Shown here: positions 27,176 to 36,888 of the stretch, in pieces | Position numbering within the stretch: the first letter of the stretch is position 1 | How the letters are laid out: every line of letters starts with the position of its first letter | NCBI GenBank assembly: GCA_040386195.1 | Contig: JAZKFV010000006.1 | Location: forward strand, 18,059-82,058 | DNA from: Pseudomonadota bacterium | GTDB lineage: Bacteria > Pseudomonadota > Alphaproteobacteria > Rickettsiales > UBA1997 | Reading direction: 5' to 3' | Length of the DNA: 64,000 bases | Position numbers and translations under genes: made by a program | The notes under the pieces: generated by a model | Seen by the model: the letters and a program-made list of their open reading frames with translations, nothing else | Databases searched by the model: none | Told to the model about the DNA's origin: nothing

Positions 27176-27928
27176 TTAATGTTGATGATCGTGATGATGG
27201 GAATAAATGGCGATGTTATCAATTTTATCCGGCTTACTGCCTTGGGCAAATAAAGACAAATATTCGGGATGATTGTTGATTGATTCAGGGCTGCCTTCGC
27301 AGCAAATATGGTGATTGACGCAGATTACCTGATTGGTTTTTTGCATCACAATATGCAGATCGTGGGAAATAATTAAAATAGCGCAGTTTTTTTGGGATCT
27401 AATTTCTTCAATAATTTGATAAAACTGCGCCTGAGCCGCAATGTCCATAAATTGAGTTGGCTCGTCTAAAACCAAAATATCCGGATTATCAATTATAGTT
27501 TTAACCAACAAAGTTTTTTGCAATTGCCCGCCGGAAATTTGGTGGATGGATTTTTCTAAAATATTTTCAATATGAAGCTTTTTAACCATTTCAGCAAATC
27601 GTGCTTCCGCATTTGCTGAAGCTAAGGCGCGGCTGGGTAGATTCAAAAAATCAATTACTCGCAAAGGAATAGTTTTTTCAATTTCCAATCTTTGTGGCAT
27701 ATAACCAATTTTAGCATTTTTGCTGACAAAAACTTCGCCGTCACTAGCTTTTAAAATGCCAATTAAAATGCGCGCGATTGAAGTTTTGCCGCCGCCGTTC
27801 GGGCCAATTAAAGTAGTGATTTCGCCTTTTTTAAGTTCAAGATTGATATTCTTTAATATTTGCTGGTTATTTAAGCGCAGAGAAATATTTTTTAAGTAAG
27901 CTAATTTTGAGCTGTGTTTGTGGGTCAT
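27176..27928 (-). CDS. znuC: zinc ABC transporter ATP-binding protein
   Basis: 250 aa. Walker A GPNGGGKTS, signature SGGQLQK, Walker B LVLDEPTQ. The ZnuC-specific C-terminus SHDLHIVMQKTNQVICVNHHICCEGSPE has a His-rich end HHHDHQH. Confidence 0.85.
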   Translation of the reverse strand: MTHKHSSKLAYLKNISLRLNNQQILKNINLELKKGEITTLIGPNGGGKTSIARILIGILKASDGEVFVSKNAKIGYMPQRLEIEKTIPLRVIDFLNLPSRALASANAEARFAEMVKKLHIENILEKSIHQISGGQLQKTLLVKTIIDNPDILVLDEPTQFMDIAAQAQFYQIIEEIRSQKNCAILIISHDLHIVMQKTNQVICVNHHICCEGSPESINNHPEYLSLFAQGSKPDKIDNIAIYSHHHDHQH

Positions 27929-27951
27929 AATAATTTTCTTAATATAAAACG

Positions 27952-28872
27952 ATGTACTACTTAATTAAAAATTTGGTCATTTGTAGTTTTTTTCTCAGTT
28001 CCTCAGCCTTTGCGCAAAGCGCTTCTCAGCCAAAAATTCCAACACTTAGTCAACCACCAAAAATTGTCAGCTCAATTAATCCAATTTACCAAATTGCCAA
28101 ATTTATAAGCGGCGATGACAAAAGCAATTCTTTATTAATTAACCCGCGCGCTTCCGAATATAGCTATATGATGAGATCAAGTGATATTAGCAATTTGAAT
28201 AAGGCAGATGTAATTTTTTATGTTAGTGATAATTTGGAATATAATTTGCCCAAGGCTCTAGCCGCGCTTAAAACTCAGCCTAAAATTGTTCAATTGGTCA
28301 AATCTAAAAATCTTAAATTGCTAACTTTTCAAGCGCGAGTTGACGAAGATAATGTTGATCCGCATATTTGGTTAAGCCCGGAAAATGCGATTGGTATTGC
28401 TATGGAAATTAGTGATACTTTGTCAGCTCTTTATCCTTCTGGCTCTGGCACTTATAAAAAAAATCTAGAGCAATTTAAAGTTGATGTTAAAAATATGGAT
28501 GAAAAAAATAAACTTGAACTGCTCAAAGTGCGACCAAGAAGTTTTGTTGTTGATTTAAACAGCACTGCTTATTTTGAAAATTACTATAACACACCAGCCG
28601 CCGGCGTTATTCGCTATAATTATGATCAAGAAACAACTCTGAAAGAAATTGACAAGGTGAATAATTTAATCAAAAGAGAAAAAGTGGTTTGTCTTTTTGG
28701 TAGCTACCAAGATCGCAGCGGTTTGGCGGTGCAAATTGCTAATAATAATAAAGTAAAATTTGCCCTCATTGATGTGATTGGTAGCGAAATTAATTATAAT
28801 CAAAATGGTTATACCAAGATGATGACTGGCTTAGTTGATGATTTGGTCAAATGCGTCAATAACGGGCAATAA
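27952..28872 (+). CDS. znuA: zinc/metal ABC transporter substrate-binding protein
   Basis: 306 aa. Signal peptide (LSSSAFAQS) and the DPHIWLSPENA motif of the cluster-9 (ZnuA/TroA) binding proteins. Divergent from znuC. Confidence 0.75.
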   Translation: MYYLIKNLVICSFFLSSSAFAQSASQPKIPTLSQPPKIVSSINPIYQIAKFISGDDKSNSLLINPRASEYSYMMRSSDISNLNKADVIFYVSDNLEYNLPKALAALKTQPKIVQLVKSKNLKLLTFQARVDEDNVDPHIWLSPENAIGIAMEISDTLSALYPSGSGTYKKNLEQFKVDVKNMDEKNKLELLKVRPRSFVVDLNSTAYFENYYNTPAAGVIRYNYDQETTLKEIDKVNNLIKREKVVCLFGSYQDRSGLAVQIANNNKVKFALIDVIGSEINYNQNGYTKMMTGLVDDLVKCVNNGQ

Positions 28873-28900
28873 AATAATTTATTAACTCAACATTATTCAA

Positions 28901-29608
28901 ATGATTATCTATCCCGCAATTGATTTAAAAGATGGTAAATGTGTTCGCTTGTATAAAGGCGATATGAATCAAGCCACAATTTTCAACGATTCTCCCGCCG
29001 CTCAGGCAAAACAATTTCAAGATCAAGGTTTTAAATTTTTACATATTGTTGATTTGGATGGCGCCATTGCCGGCAATTCTGCCAATGAAAAATCGGTTAA
29101 AGAAATACTAAAAAACATCACAATTCCGGCGCAGCTTGGTGGTGGAATTAGAAATTTAGAAACAATTGAGAAATGGTTAGATTTGGGAATAAGCCGCGTC
29201 ATTCTTGGCACGGTGGCTTTACAAAATCCTGAACTTGTCAAAATTGCCGCCAAGAAATTTCCCAACCAAATTGTAGTGGGCATTGACGCAAAAAACGGTA
29301 TGGTGGCAACTCATGGCTGGGTGGAAAGCTCTTCAACTTCTGTAATTGATTTGGCAAAAAAATTCGAAGATGCTGGCGTGGCGGCAATAATTTACACCGA
29401 CATCAACCGCGACGGAACCGGTGAGGGCGTTGATTTTGAAGGCACAAAAAAATTAGCTGAAAGTATTACAATTCCAGTAATTGCATCGGGCGGCGTTGGT
29501 TCAAATGCTGATGTAGAAAAAATTGCCCAACTAAAAATCAACGGCGTTATTATTGGTCGGGCTTTATATGACAAAAAAATTGATATAAAACTAATTTTAA
29601 ACAGCTAA
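28901..29608 (+). CDS. hisA: 1-(5-phosphoribosyl)-5-[(5-phosphoribosylamino)methylideneamino]imidazole-4-carboxamide isomerase
   Basis: 235 aa. Has [25 protein letters not shown] and ASGGVGS motifs of HisA. Confidence 0.88.
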   Translation: MIIYPAIDLKDGKCVRLYKGDMNQATIFNDSPAAQAKQFQDQGFKFLHIVDLDGAIAGNSANEKSVKEILKNITIPAQLGGGIRNLETIEKWLDLGISRVILGTVALQNPELVKIAAKKFPNQIVVGIDAKNGMVATHGWVESSSTSVIDLAKKFEDAGVAAIIYTDINRDGTGEGVDFEGTKKLAESITIPVIASGGVGSNADVEKIAQLKINGVIIGRALYDKKIDIKLILNS

Positions 29609-30832
29609 AGATTTTTCTTGAGAGCTATCTTGCAAAGGCGCTGTTATTCTGGGAGATGGTCTAGTGCTCGTTTGATCATATTCATCAAGGCTTGGAATGG
29701 TAATTTTTCCCCGCAATGCAACTCTGTTTTGATATGAAAGCGCCGCAAAATCTGATTCTTCTCGTCCAAGAAATTTATATTGTTCTGATGCTAATGCTCC
29801 CAATTCAGCGTTTATAACAGCAACTCCAGCCCTACATTCATTTCCAACTGCATCAACTTCAGAATCTTTAATGTCACATTGAAGAAGCGCGAAGAGCACA
29901 GCAAGCCTTTGTCTTTCAAGAAAAGGTTGATCTGAAATAACTAATATTTTTGGATTTTGAATAGATAGTTTTTTTAATTCTAACGCAGCTTCAAGTGAAG
30001 TGGTTGCAGTGGTGGCTCTGGTTTTGCCTGCTTGGGCTTCAGCATTTATTAAAATATATTTTATGCCCATTTGATCAGCAACATCTTGAGCCATATCTGA
30101 TTCATTTAATCGGCGATTTTCGTCTGAAGCATAGTTCAAATAGGTTCTGCCAGCGCGCTGAATAAAAGGGTTTTCTGGGTCAATTTTAATATTTTTCTTC
30201 TCTGCCAGCGCAAGCATATATTTTTTTCCATCAGCAATTTTTTCATCTAAAGTATCTCCTCTTCCATCAAGCTCAGCCCACAATTCTCTAACGCCGGTTA
30301 AGAGCCTTATTGTTCCAGCAACCTCTTGCGTTAGGCTTTTTAAAGTTTCTAATCGGGACTCTATTTTCAATCTAGATGCACCTTGAACCCAGGTTTCATC
30401 ATATTTTTCAAAGCTCGGGAAAACTTCGTCAATAAGACCAAGAGTTTTTGCCGCAGCCAAAAAAGCTTCTTGATGTTCTTCCATCCATGATTGCCCGACA
30501 AGCTCATTTCTTTCTTGGTTGATATTGCGATTAAAAGCGCTTTGTCTAAAAAAAGTTAATAAATCTTGCAGATCTTCTTTTGCAATATCAATATCCGCCG
30601 TTAATAATTTCTCTGGCTCAAAATCACCTTCATAAACTCCATATTTTTTGAATAAATTATCTAATTTTTCAAAAACAATTAACGGATTTTCAAATCTACC
30701 AATTAAGTGAACCGCTTCCCAAAGCTCCTTGCGGGATAAATATTTTGGTATTTTTAAAGTTTGTAATAAGGCAATTTGCTGTGCTTCTGATTTGAAACCA
30801 AAGTCAGAAATAACCTCCTGAAAATTGGTCAT
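29597..30832 (-). CDS. hypothetical protein (no recognisable family)
   Basis: 411-aa ORF with uninterrupted coding-like composition. Its 3' end overlaps the hisA 3' end by 12 nt. I could identify no diagnostic motifs. Confidence 0.5.
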   Translation of the reverse strand: MTNFQEVISDFGFKSEAQQIALLQTLKIPKYLSRKELWEAVHLIGRFENPLIVFEKLDNLFKKYGVYEGDFEPEKLLTADIDIAKEDLQDLLTFFRQSAFNRNINQERNELVGQSWMEEHQEAFLAAAKTLGLIDEVFPSFEKYDETWVQGASRLKIESRLETLKSLTQEVAGTIRLLTGVRELWAELDGRGDTLDEKIADGKKYMLALAEKKNIKIDPENPFIQRAGRTYLNYASDENRRLNESDMAQDVADQMGIKYILINAEAQAGKTRATTATTSLEAALELKKLSIQNPKILVISDQPFLERQRLAVLFALLQCDIKDSEVDAVGNECRAGVAVINAELGALASEQYKFLGREESDFAALSYQNRVALRGKITIPSLDEYDQTSTRPSPRITAPLQDSSQEKSLAV

Positions 30833-30845
30833 TTTTGTTGTTCAA

Positions 30846-32417
30846 TTAATGTTTAAAATGTCTAGTGCCAATAAATGACAAAGCAATTTTGTGAGTATTG
30901 CAAGCCGAAATAACTTCTTCGTCTTTAATTGAACCAGATGGTGCAATCATTGAGGAAATGCCGTATTTGTTGGCAATTTCAACATTGTCGGGGAAAGGGA
31001 AAAAGGCGTCGGAGGCTAAAATTGCGTCAATGGCTTTGTTGATTAATTTGCCATCGGCATTGAGAAAATTTGCCGCTTTTTTGCAGGCAATTTCTACTGA
31101 ATCAACACGATTCATTTGCCCAGCGCCAATTCCCACAGTTTGAAAATTATTCACCACCACAATTGCGTTTGATTTAATATGTTTGCAAATTTTCATCGCA
31201 AAAATTTGTTGCTGAATTTGTTTGTCGCTCACTTCGGTTTTGCCGGCAATTTTTAGATCTTCTTTAGTGATATTTTTATCATCAACATCTTGCACCAAAA
31301 ACCCGCCGGAGATTGATTTGAGTTGTTTTTGGCTGGCAGGTTTAGCAAAATTAATTTTTAGCAAGCGCAAATTTTTCTTCTTCTCAAAAACTTGCACAGC
31401 ATCGTCAGAAAAATCTGGAGCAATGATAACTTCGTAAAATATTTTGCTAATTTCTTCAGCTAAATTGCGATCAACTTTGCGATTCAAAGCCACAATTCCA
31501 CCAAAAGCACTTTTTGAATCTGCTTCCAAAGCCTTTTTATAAGCAACGCCAATTTCGCCATCAATTGCCACGCCGCAAGGGTTGGCGTGTTTAACAATTA
31601 CTGCGGCGGGCTCGGCAAATTCTAAAGCAATATTAAAAGCGGCATCAGCATCGTTAAAATTATTATAGCTCAATTCTTTGCCTTGCAATTGCACAGCGGA
31701 AGTGATTCCTAAATTGGAAAAATCATCAACATAAAGCGCAGCTTTTTGATGAGCATTTTCGCCGTAGCGCAAAGTTTGTTTTAAAGTTGCTGGCAAAATT
31801 AAACTTGGTGCAAAATCAACTTTTTGATTTTTAGTGAAATAATTGGCAATAGCTTGGTCGTAGTTGGCTGTAGCTGTAAAAGCCTTTCTAGCGCAAGTTT
31901 TTCTAAATTCCAAACTGGTTGCGCCGTCATTATGGATCATTTCATTTTGTAGATTTTCATAATCCGCCGCATCAGTAATTACAGTTTTATAAAGATGATT
32001 TTTTGCCGCCGAGCGAATCATTGACGGGCCGCCAATGTCAATATTTTCGACCACAGTTTCATAATCCGCACCTTTTTTCACCGTTTGCACAAACGGATAA
32101 AGATTAACAATCACCAAATCGATGCAAGAAATATGATTTTCTTTAGCTTGTTTTTGATGCTCTTTATCGTCCAAAACCGCCAGCAAAGCGCCGTGAACTT
32201 TAGGATGCAAAGTTTTAACTCGACCATCCATAATTTCTGGAAAACCAGTAAATTCAGAAATATCTTTGGCGGGAATTTGATTTTCCTTAAGCAATTTAAA
32301 AGTGCCGCCAGTTGAGATTATCTCAACATTTTGCGCAGTTAAAAATTTTGCTAATTCGATGATGCCCGATTTGTCAGAAACTGAAATTAAGGCGCGTTTG
32401 ATTTTTTGATTTGTCAT
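30846..32417 (-). CDS. purH: bifunctional AICAR formyltransferase / IMP cyclohydrolase
   Basis: 523 aa. N-terminal RALISVSDKSGI, GGTFKLL and C-terminal end ...GTRHFKH are typical of PurH. Confidence 0.9.
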   Translation of the reverse strand: MTNQKIKRALISVSDKSGIIELAKFLTAQNVEIISTGGTFKLLKENQIPAKDISEFTGFPEIMDGRVKTLHPKVHGALLAVLDDKEHQKQAKENHISCIDLVIVNLYPFVQTVKKGADYETVVENIDIGGPSMIRSAAKNHLYKTVITDAADYENLQNEMIHNDGATSLEFRKTCARKAFTATANYDQAIANYFTKNQKVDFAPSLILPATLKQTLRYGENAHQKAALYVDDFSNLGITSAVQLQGKELSYNNFNDADAAFNIALEFAEPAAVIVKHANPCGVAIDGEIGVAYKKALEADSKSAFGGIVALNRKVDRNLAEEISKIFYEVIIAPDFSDDAVQVFEKKKNLRLLKINFAKPASQKQLKSISGGFLVQDVDDKNITKEDLKIAGKTEVSDKQIQQQIFAMKICKHIKSNAIVVVNNFQTVGIGAGQMNRVDSVEIACKKAANFLNADGKLINKAIDAILASDAFFPFPDNVEIANKYGISSMIAPSGSIKDEEVISACNTHKIALSFIGTRHFKH

Positions 32418-32429
32418 TGTGTTTTGGTA

Positions 32430-32552
32430 TTATTGAATTACTACGTTAGAACCATTTGTTCTGAGAATAGTAACGATATCGTGATGGATGGTTGTGTAAT
32501 CAAGATAAGTCTTGAAATTATTCTTGGCTTCAGAGCAAGATATTATTTTCAT
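32430..32552 (-). pseudogene. truncated Phd/YefM-type antitoxin remnant (40 codons)
   Basis: The minus-strand ORF MKIISCSEAKNNFKTYLDYTTIHHDIVTILRTNGSNVVIQ-stop aligns with the N-terminal half of YefM (MRTISYSEARQNL...PILITRQNGEACVLMS). No partner toxin ORF is visible. Confidence 0.4.
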
Positions 32553-32645
32553 GGTTTTTATTAATGATGATTTAAATGGATTTATGTCGAATTAGAAATG
32601 GCATTATAACACTCCATATTGCACAATATTTTTTAACAATTGCAA

Positions 32646-34562
32646 TTATTTTTTATTTTCGATTTGCTCCAAAGCCAGCAAAATAAACTTCTCAATGCTC
32701 ATCACTTCTTGCCCATCGGAGCCAAAAGTTCTCACCGCAACTGAGCCACTTTCTTTTTCACGCGCACCAACTGCTAAAATATATGGAACTTTTTTTAGAG
32801 AATGTTCGCGGATTTTGGCGTTGATTTTTTCGTGAGCTAAATCGGCTTCAACTCTAAAGCCGTGGGCTTTTAATTTAGCAACCACATCCAAAACATAATT
32901 GTCAAAATCGTTAGTGATTGGCGCTACAACCATTTGTACTGGCGCTAACCAAAGTGGAAATTTGCCGGCGCAATTTTCAATTAAAATGCCGATGAAGCGC
33001 TCGAAAGTTCCAAGCACAGCGCGATGCAGCATTACTGGATGTTTGCGGGTTCCGTCAGCCGCAACATATTGCGCGCCTAATCTTTCTGGCAAAATAAAAT
33101 CAACTTGCAAAGTGCCGCATTGCCATTCACGGCCAATGGCGTCAACTAAAGTGAATTCTAATTTTGGGCCGTAAAATGCGCCTTCACCAGGGTTTAAAAC
33201 GCAATCTAAATTAGCGGCTTTGACAGCGTTTTTTAGCGCCGCTTCGGCTTTGTCCCAAGTCTCATCAGAGCCAGCGCGCACTTCTGGGCGGGTGGAAAAT
33301 TTAACATGAACATTTTCAAAACCAAAATCGCGATAAACTTCTTTAAGCAATTGGCAAAAGGCTACAGTTTCGCCATTGATTTGTTCTTCTTCACAAAAAA
33401 TATGCGCGTCGTCTTGAGTGAAAGCACGCACGCGCATAATGCCGTGCAGTGAGCCAGAAGATTCATTGCGATGACAAGAGCCAAACTCCGCCATTCTAAG
33501 CGGCAATTGGCGATAAGATTTTAATTCCTGATTAAAAATTTGGACATGGCACGGGCAGTTCATTGGTTTAATTGCCAACATTTTATCCTCGTTATCGACA
33601 ACAAACATATGCTCGCGAAACTTTTCCCAATGACCAGATTTTTCCCACAAAACGCGATCAACTAATTGTGGAGTTTTAACTTCCACATAATGATTTTGCT
33701 GTAATTTTTGGCGAATATAATTTTCAATTTCGCGATAAATTATATAGCCATTTGGATGCCAAAACACTGAGCCAGTGGCTTCTTCTTGAATGTGGAATAA
33801 ACCTAATTCACGACCAATTTTGCGGTGATCGCGCTTGCCAGCTTCTTCCAACATATGCAAATGACGATCCAAAGCTTCTTTAGATTCCCAAGCAGTTCCA
33901 TAAATTCTTTGCAGCATTTCATTTTTAGAATCGCCACGCCAATAAGCGCCAGCCAGTTTCATCAATTTGAAATGCTTAACATAAGCAGTTGAAGGCAAAT
34001 GTGGGCCGCGGCATAAATCGATGAAATTTCCTTGGCGATAAAGTGTGATTTTTTGATCCGCAGGAATTGAAGAAATAATTTCGGCTTTATATTTTTCACC
34101 TTGTTTGAGAAAAAACTCCACCGCCGCATCACGCTCCCAAACCTCTCTTTTAATGGCTTCGTCGCGTTTAGAAATTTCAACCATTTTCTTCTCAATTACT
34201 TCTAAATCTTCCAAAGCAAAAGGCTCTTTGCGAGCAAAATCATAATAAAACCCATGCTCAATGGCCGGCCCAATTGTAACTTGAGTTTCCGGATATAATT
34301 CTTTCACCGCCTCAGCCATCAAATGCGCCGCATCGTGGCGAATAATTTCTAAAGCTTCAGGAGATTTAGAAGTGATAATCGAAATTTTCGCATCACCTTC
34401 AATTGCTCGCGACAAATCCCACAATTCATCATCAACCTTAATCGCCAAAGCAGCTTTAGCAAGGCTCACCGAGATTGATTTAGCAATCTCAAAGCCGGTA
34501 ATTCCATCTGAAAATTCTTTGATATTATTGTCAGGAAAAGTGATTTTGATTGATGCCGACAT
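32646..34562 (-). CDS. thrS: threonine--tRNA ligase
   Basis: 638 aa. TGS domain N-terminus, [26 protein letters not shown], class II motifs ([14 protein letters not shown] region) and a C-terminal anticodon-binding domain. Confidence 0.92.
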   Translation of the reverse strand: MSASIKITFPDNNIKEFSDGITGFEIAKSISVSLAKAALAIKVDDELWDLSRAIEGDAKISIITSKSPEALEIIRHDAAHLMAEAVKELYPETQVTIGPAIEHGFYYDFARKEPFALEDLEVIEKKMVEISKRDEAIKREVWERDAAVEFFLKQGEKYKAEIISSIPADQKITLYRQGNFIDLCRGPHLPSTAYVKHFKLMKLAGAYWRGDSKNEMLQRIYGTAWESKEALDRHLHMLEEAGKRDHRKIGRELGLFHIQEEATGSVFWHPNGYIIYREIENYIRQKLQQNHYVEVKTPQLVDRVLWEKSGHWEKFREHMFVVDNEDKMLAIKPMNCPCHVQIFNQELKSYRQLPLRMAEFGSCHRNESSGSLHGIMRVRAFTQDDAHIFCEEEQINGETVAFCQLLKEVYRDFGFENVHVKFSTRPEVRAGSDETWDKAEAALKNAVKAANLDCVLNPGEGAFYGPKLEFTLVDAIGREWQCGTLQVDFILPERLGAQYVAADGTRKHPVMLHRAVLGTFERFIGILIENCAGKFPLWLAPVQMVVAPITNDFDNYVLDVVAKLKAHGFRVEADLAHEKINAKIREHSLKKVPYILAVGAREKESGSVAVRTFGSDGQEVMSIEKFILLALEQIENKK

Positions 34563-34643
34563 TTTGATTTGGGATTGATTTTACAAATTAAAGAAGCTAG
34601 ATTGACGCGCTCATTTTACGGTTGGTTTTACAAAAAACAACCA

Positions 34644-34678
34644 ACTTACTACTTATCACTTACTACTTACAACTTCCA
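34644..34678 (+). repeat. (ACTTAYN)5 heptamer array ending 3 nt before tRNA-Ala
   Basis: ACTTACT ACTTATC ACTTACT ACTTACA ACTTCCA, then TAT, then tRNA position 1 at 34682. Confidence 0.85.
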
Positions 34679-34681
34679 TAT

Positions 34682-34757
34682 GGGGCTATAGCGCAGTTGG
34701 TAGCGCGCTTGCATGGCATGCAAGAGGTCCCCGGTTCGAATCCGGGTAGCTCCACCA
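34682..34757 (+). tRNA. tRNA-Ala (anticodon GGC)
   Basis: 76-nt cloverleaf. Acceptor GGGGCTA/TAGCTCC with the G3:U70 alanine identity pair. D arm GCGC-AGTTGGTA-GCGC. Anticodon stem CTTGC/GCAAG with loop AT-GGC-AT. T arm CCCGG-TTCGAAT-CCGGG. CCA is encoded. Confidence 0.93.
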
Positions 34758-35058
34758 GCCTTCTCTATGTGGTGGGAAGGACAACTGGGTCCGCAAATGT
34801 CCGCATTTAGGTAATGCTGTTAAAGTGTTCAAAAAACTTACGACGCAATAGCAGAAAGTTTTCCAATTTATCCACCGGATATTATTTTGATGGCAGCAGC
34901 GAAAATGACAATATCGTATTGCGCCGCAGCTGATTGGTAAGACCAACATCTTTGAAATAAAGAATATTCTGAAATCGGAGCTGACTAAAATTTTAGAAGA
35001 ACTGTCTGCGCATCCTTATCATGAAAATAGCTCAATTAAATGATGAGCCATTATTTAA

Positions 35059-36882
35059 CTAATTTTTAAATCCTTCAAAAATATCAATGATATCATTTAG
35101 TACATTTGAGCCAGTCTCAAGAGCGGTATCTATATAAGCTGGCTTAATTCTTTCTTGCCTATCTTTTAACACTTCACTGCAAAGTTTTGAAAAAATGATT
35201 TTACCATGAAATTCGCTCTGCCACTTTCCATTTGAAAGAGATTCTGTTAAGAGATCGGATTTTTTATCAAAAAAGTCCTTAATTTTTTGATCAGCCAAAC
35301 CATTTGATAAATGGTCTAATGATTGATTTAAGCTTTGAATGATTTCAGCTTTAATTTCATCCAAACTTTTCTTATCCGGTGATTTGACCGTAGGAATAGC
35401 AAGGTGGCAGTTTAGTCCGATATATTCTTTAACGCTTTGCAAAAGGGTATAATTGAATGATTCGGTGGCAATTCTCTTGGTTTCTGTTGCAATAAAATCT
35501 TTGGTTAAATTGGGATTGGAAGTGGTTAAGTAAAACTTTTGAGCCACTTCAAACAAGATGTCTGGTTCAAGAAAATAATTTTCCAAGTGCCTTCTTTTTA
35601 AACATTTTACCCGACCGCTTTTTTCAATATCTTTTATTTGCTCCTCTGACAATCCGTCGCGGTCGCGGATCATATAAAAATTGACACCAAAAATAGAGTT
35701 TCTGATTTGCTCCTCGATAGAGCCAAGTAAGACTATATTTTGAACCGATCCTATGGGAGTAATTTTTGCTTCAGGTAAGATTTTTTGCGATATGGAGTGA
35801 TAAGTTAGCCTATCAATGCTGGAGTTTTCTCCTTCTGCAAAAATGATTTTCTTTCCAACGGAAATTAACCCGACATTGTCACCTATTGCCTGCACCAAAT
35901 CTTTATGACTGTGGTTAAGATCGCTTAGTTTATGAGCCTGATTTGATCCTGTTTGGATTGAATCAATAAAATAAACGTCACCGGTCGAATAATAAGTCGA
36001 GATTAAGTCTGCGGAATGAGTAAGAAGTATAAATTGGTTGGTGTGCCCTCCTATTGATTTCAAGGTCTCTACCAAGCGAAATGCCAGAGTTGGGTGCAAA
36101 TGCAATTCGGGTTCATCAACAATTACCACCGAGTGCTTAATATCCTTTCTTACTATATCAAAAATAATTTTAACAACTTCCTGCTCTCCAGAACTAAGTC
36201 TTTCAAAGTCTAAAACTTGATCATCAGAATTTTTATACTGAAAACTCTTTGGTTGAGTTGGATTTATATCCTGTAACTCTTTACCCGGTAAAAGTTGGCT
36301 AAAAATCTCTTTGTACTTTGTAAGAGGATGGGGATGTTTTTTAATAATTTCTTTAGAATGTAGTTCACCTTTTGCGGCTTCATCAGCTACTATTCCTTGG
36401 TGAGAAGCGACTTTTTTATAGATATAGTCCATAAAATTTTGCCATCTTCCAGAAAAATTCTCATAATAAAATGTGCTCGGAGTGTCCTGATTATCTGGAT
36501 CTTCAACGGCATATTTAACTGGATTATACTTAGTGGTTTCAATATTTCTTCGAGAATCAATCTGAACTAAAGATCCAACATATTCACCTCTGCCAAAACG
36601 TCGGCTGTTGATATAATCCTGCAAAACTGAATTACTCTGTCCTTGTTTTACTTCAATGTGTGATCCATTAAATTTATTCCTTTCTTCGTCACGGGTCGCT
36701 CCTAGAACTAAACTCATGTGAGTAGACCCTCGCAGAGTTTGTGATATAGCCTCTTTTAACCTAGATTTTCCAGAACCGTTTCCTCCGGCGATAATTACTA
36801 CATCACCCAAATTTTCTATCTTAAGATTTTTGATAGGTGGGTAGTTTTGGATTTCTAATGATTGAATTTTCATACAGCGCAA
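35059..36882 (-). CDS. ABC/AAA15-type ATPase fused to a TOPRIM/DUF4435-like domain (OLD-family / merged PARIS AriA-AriB-like)
   Basis: 607 aa. Walker A AGGNGSGKS, LSSGEQ, Walker B VVIVDEPELHLHP, H-loop LLTHS. C-terminal IIFAEGENSSID, YMIRDRDG and RRHLENYF resemble the DUF4435/TOPRIM E...DxD...ENY pattern. An alternative start is Met4 (36873). Confidence 0.65.
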   Translation of the reverse strand: MRCMKIQSLEIQNYPPIKNLKIENLGDVVIIAGGNGSGKSRLKEAISQTLRGSTHMSLVLGATRDEERNKFNGSHIEVKQGQSNSVLQDYINSRRFGRGEYVGSLVQIDSRRNIETTKYNPVKYAVEDPDNQDTPSTFYYENFSGRWQNFMDYIYKKVASHQGIVADEAAKGELHSKEIIKKHPHPLTKYKEIFSQLLPGKELQDINPTQPKSFQYKNSDDQVLDFERLSSGEQEVVKIIFDIVRKDIKHSVVIVDEPELHLHPTLAFRLVETLKSIGGHTNQFILLTHSADLISTYYSTGDVYFIDSIQTGSNQAHKLSDLNHSHKDLVQAIGDNVGLISVGKKIIFAEGENSSIDRLTYHSISQKILPEAKITPIGSVQNIVLLGSIEEQIRNSIFGVNFYMIRDRDGLSEEQIKDIEKSGRVKCLKRRHLENYFLEPDILFEVAQKFYLTTSNPNLTKDFIATETKRIATESFNYTLLQSVKEYIGLNCHLAIPTVKSPDKKSLDEIKAEIIQSLNQSLDHLSNGLADQKIKDFFDKKSDLLTESLSNGKWQSEFHGKIIFSKLCSEVLKDRQERIKPAYIDTALETGSNVLNDIIDIFEGFKN

Positions 36883-36888
36883 TAAATA

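Noticed and set aside
27929-27951. A Zur box in the znuC-znuA divergent spacer.
   Set aside because: The spacer is only 23 bp (AATAATTTTCTTAATATAAAACG). I could not discern a convincing palindrome matching a Zur operator.
34758-35058. An integrase remnant or att site next to tRNA-Ala. Short frames here read e.g. RIAPQLIGKTNIFEIKNILKSELTKILEELSAHPYHENSSIK-stop.
   Set aside because: There are only short, start-less frames interrupted by stops, with no recognisable integrase or other family motif. I saw no repeat of the tRNA 3' end elsewhere in the window. It is left as an unexplained decayed sequence.
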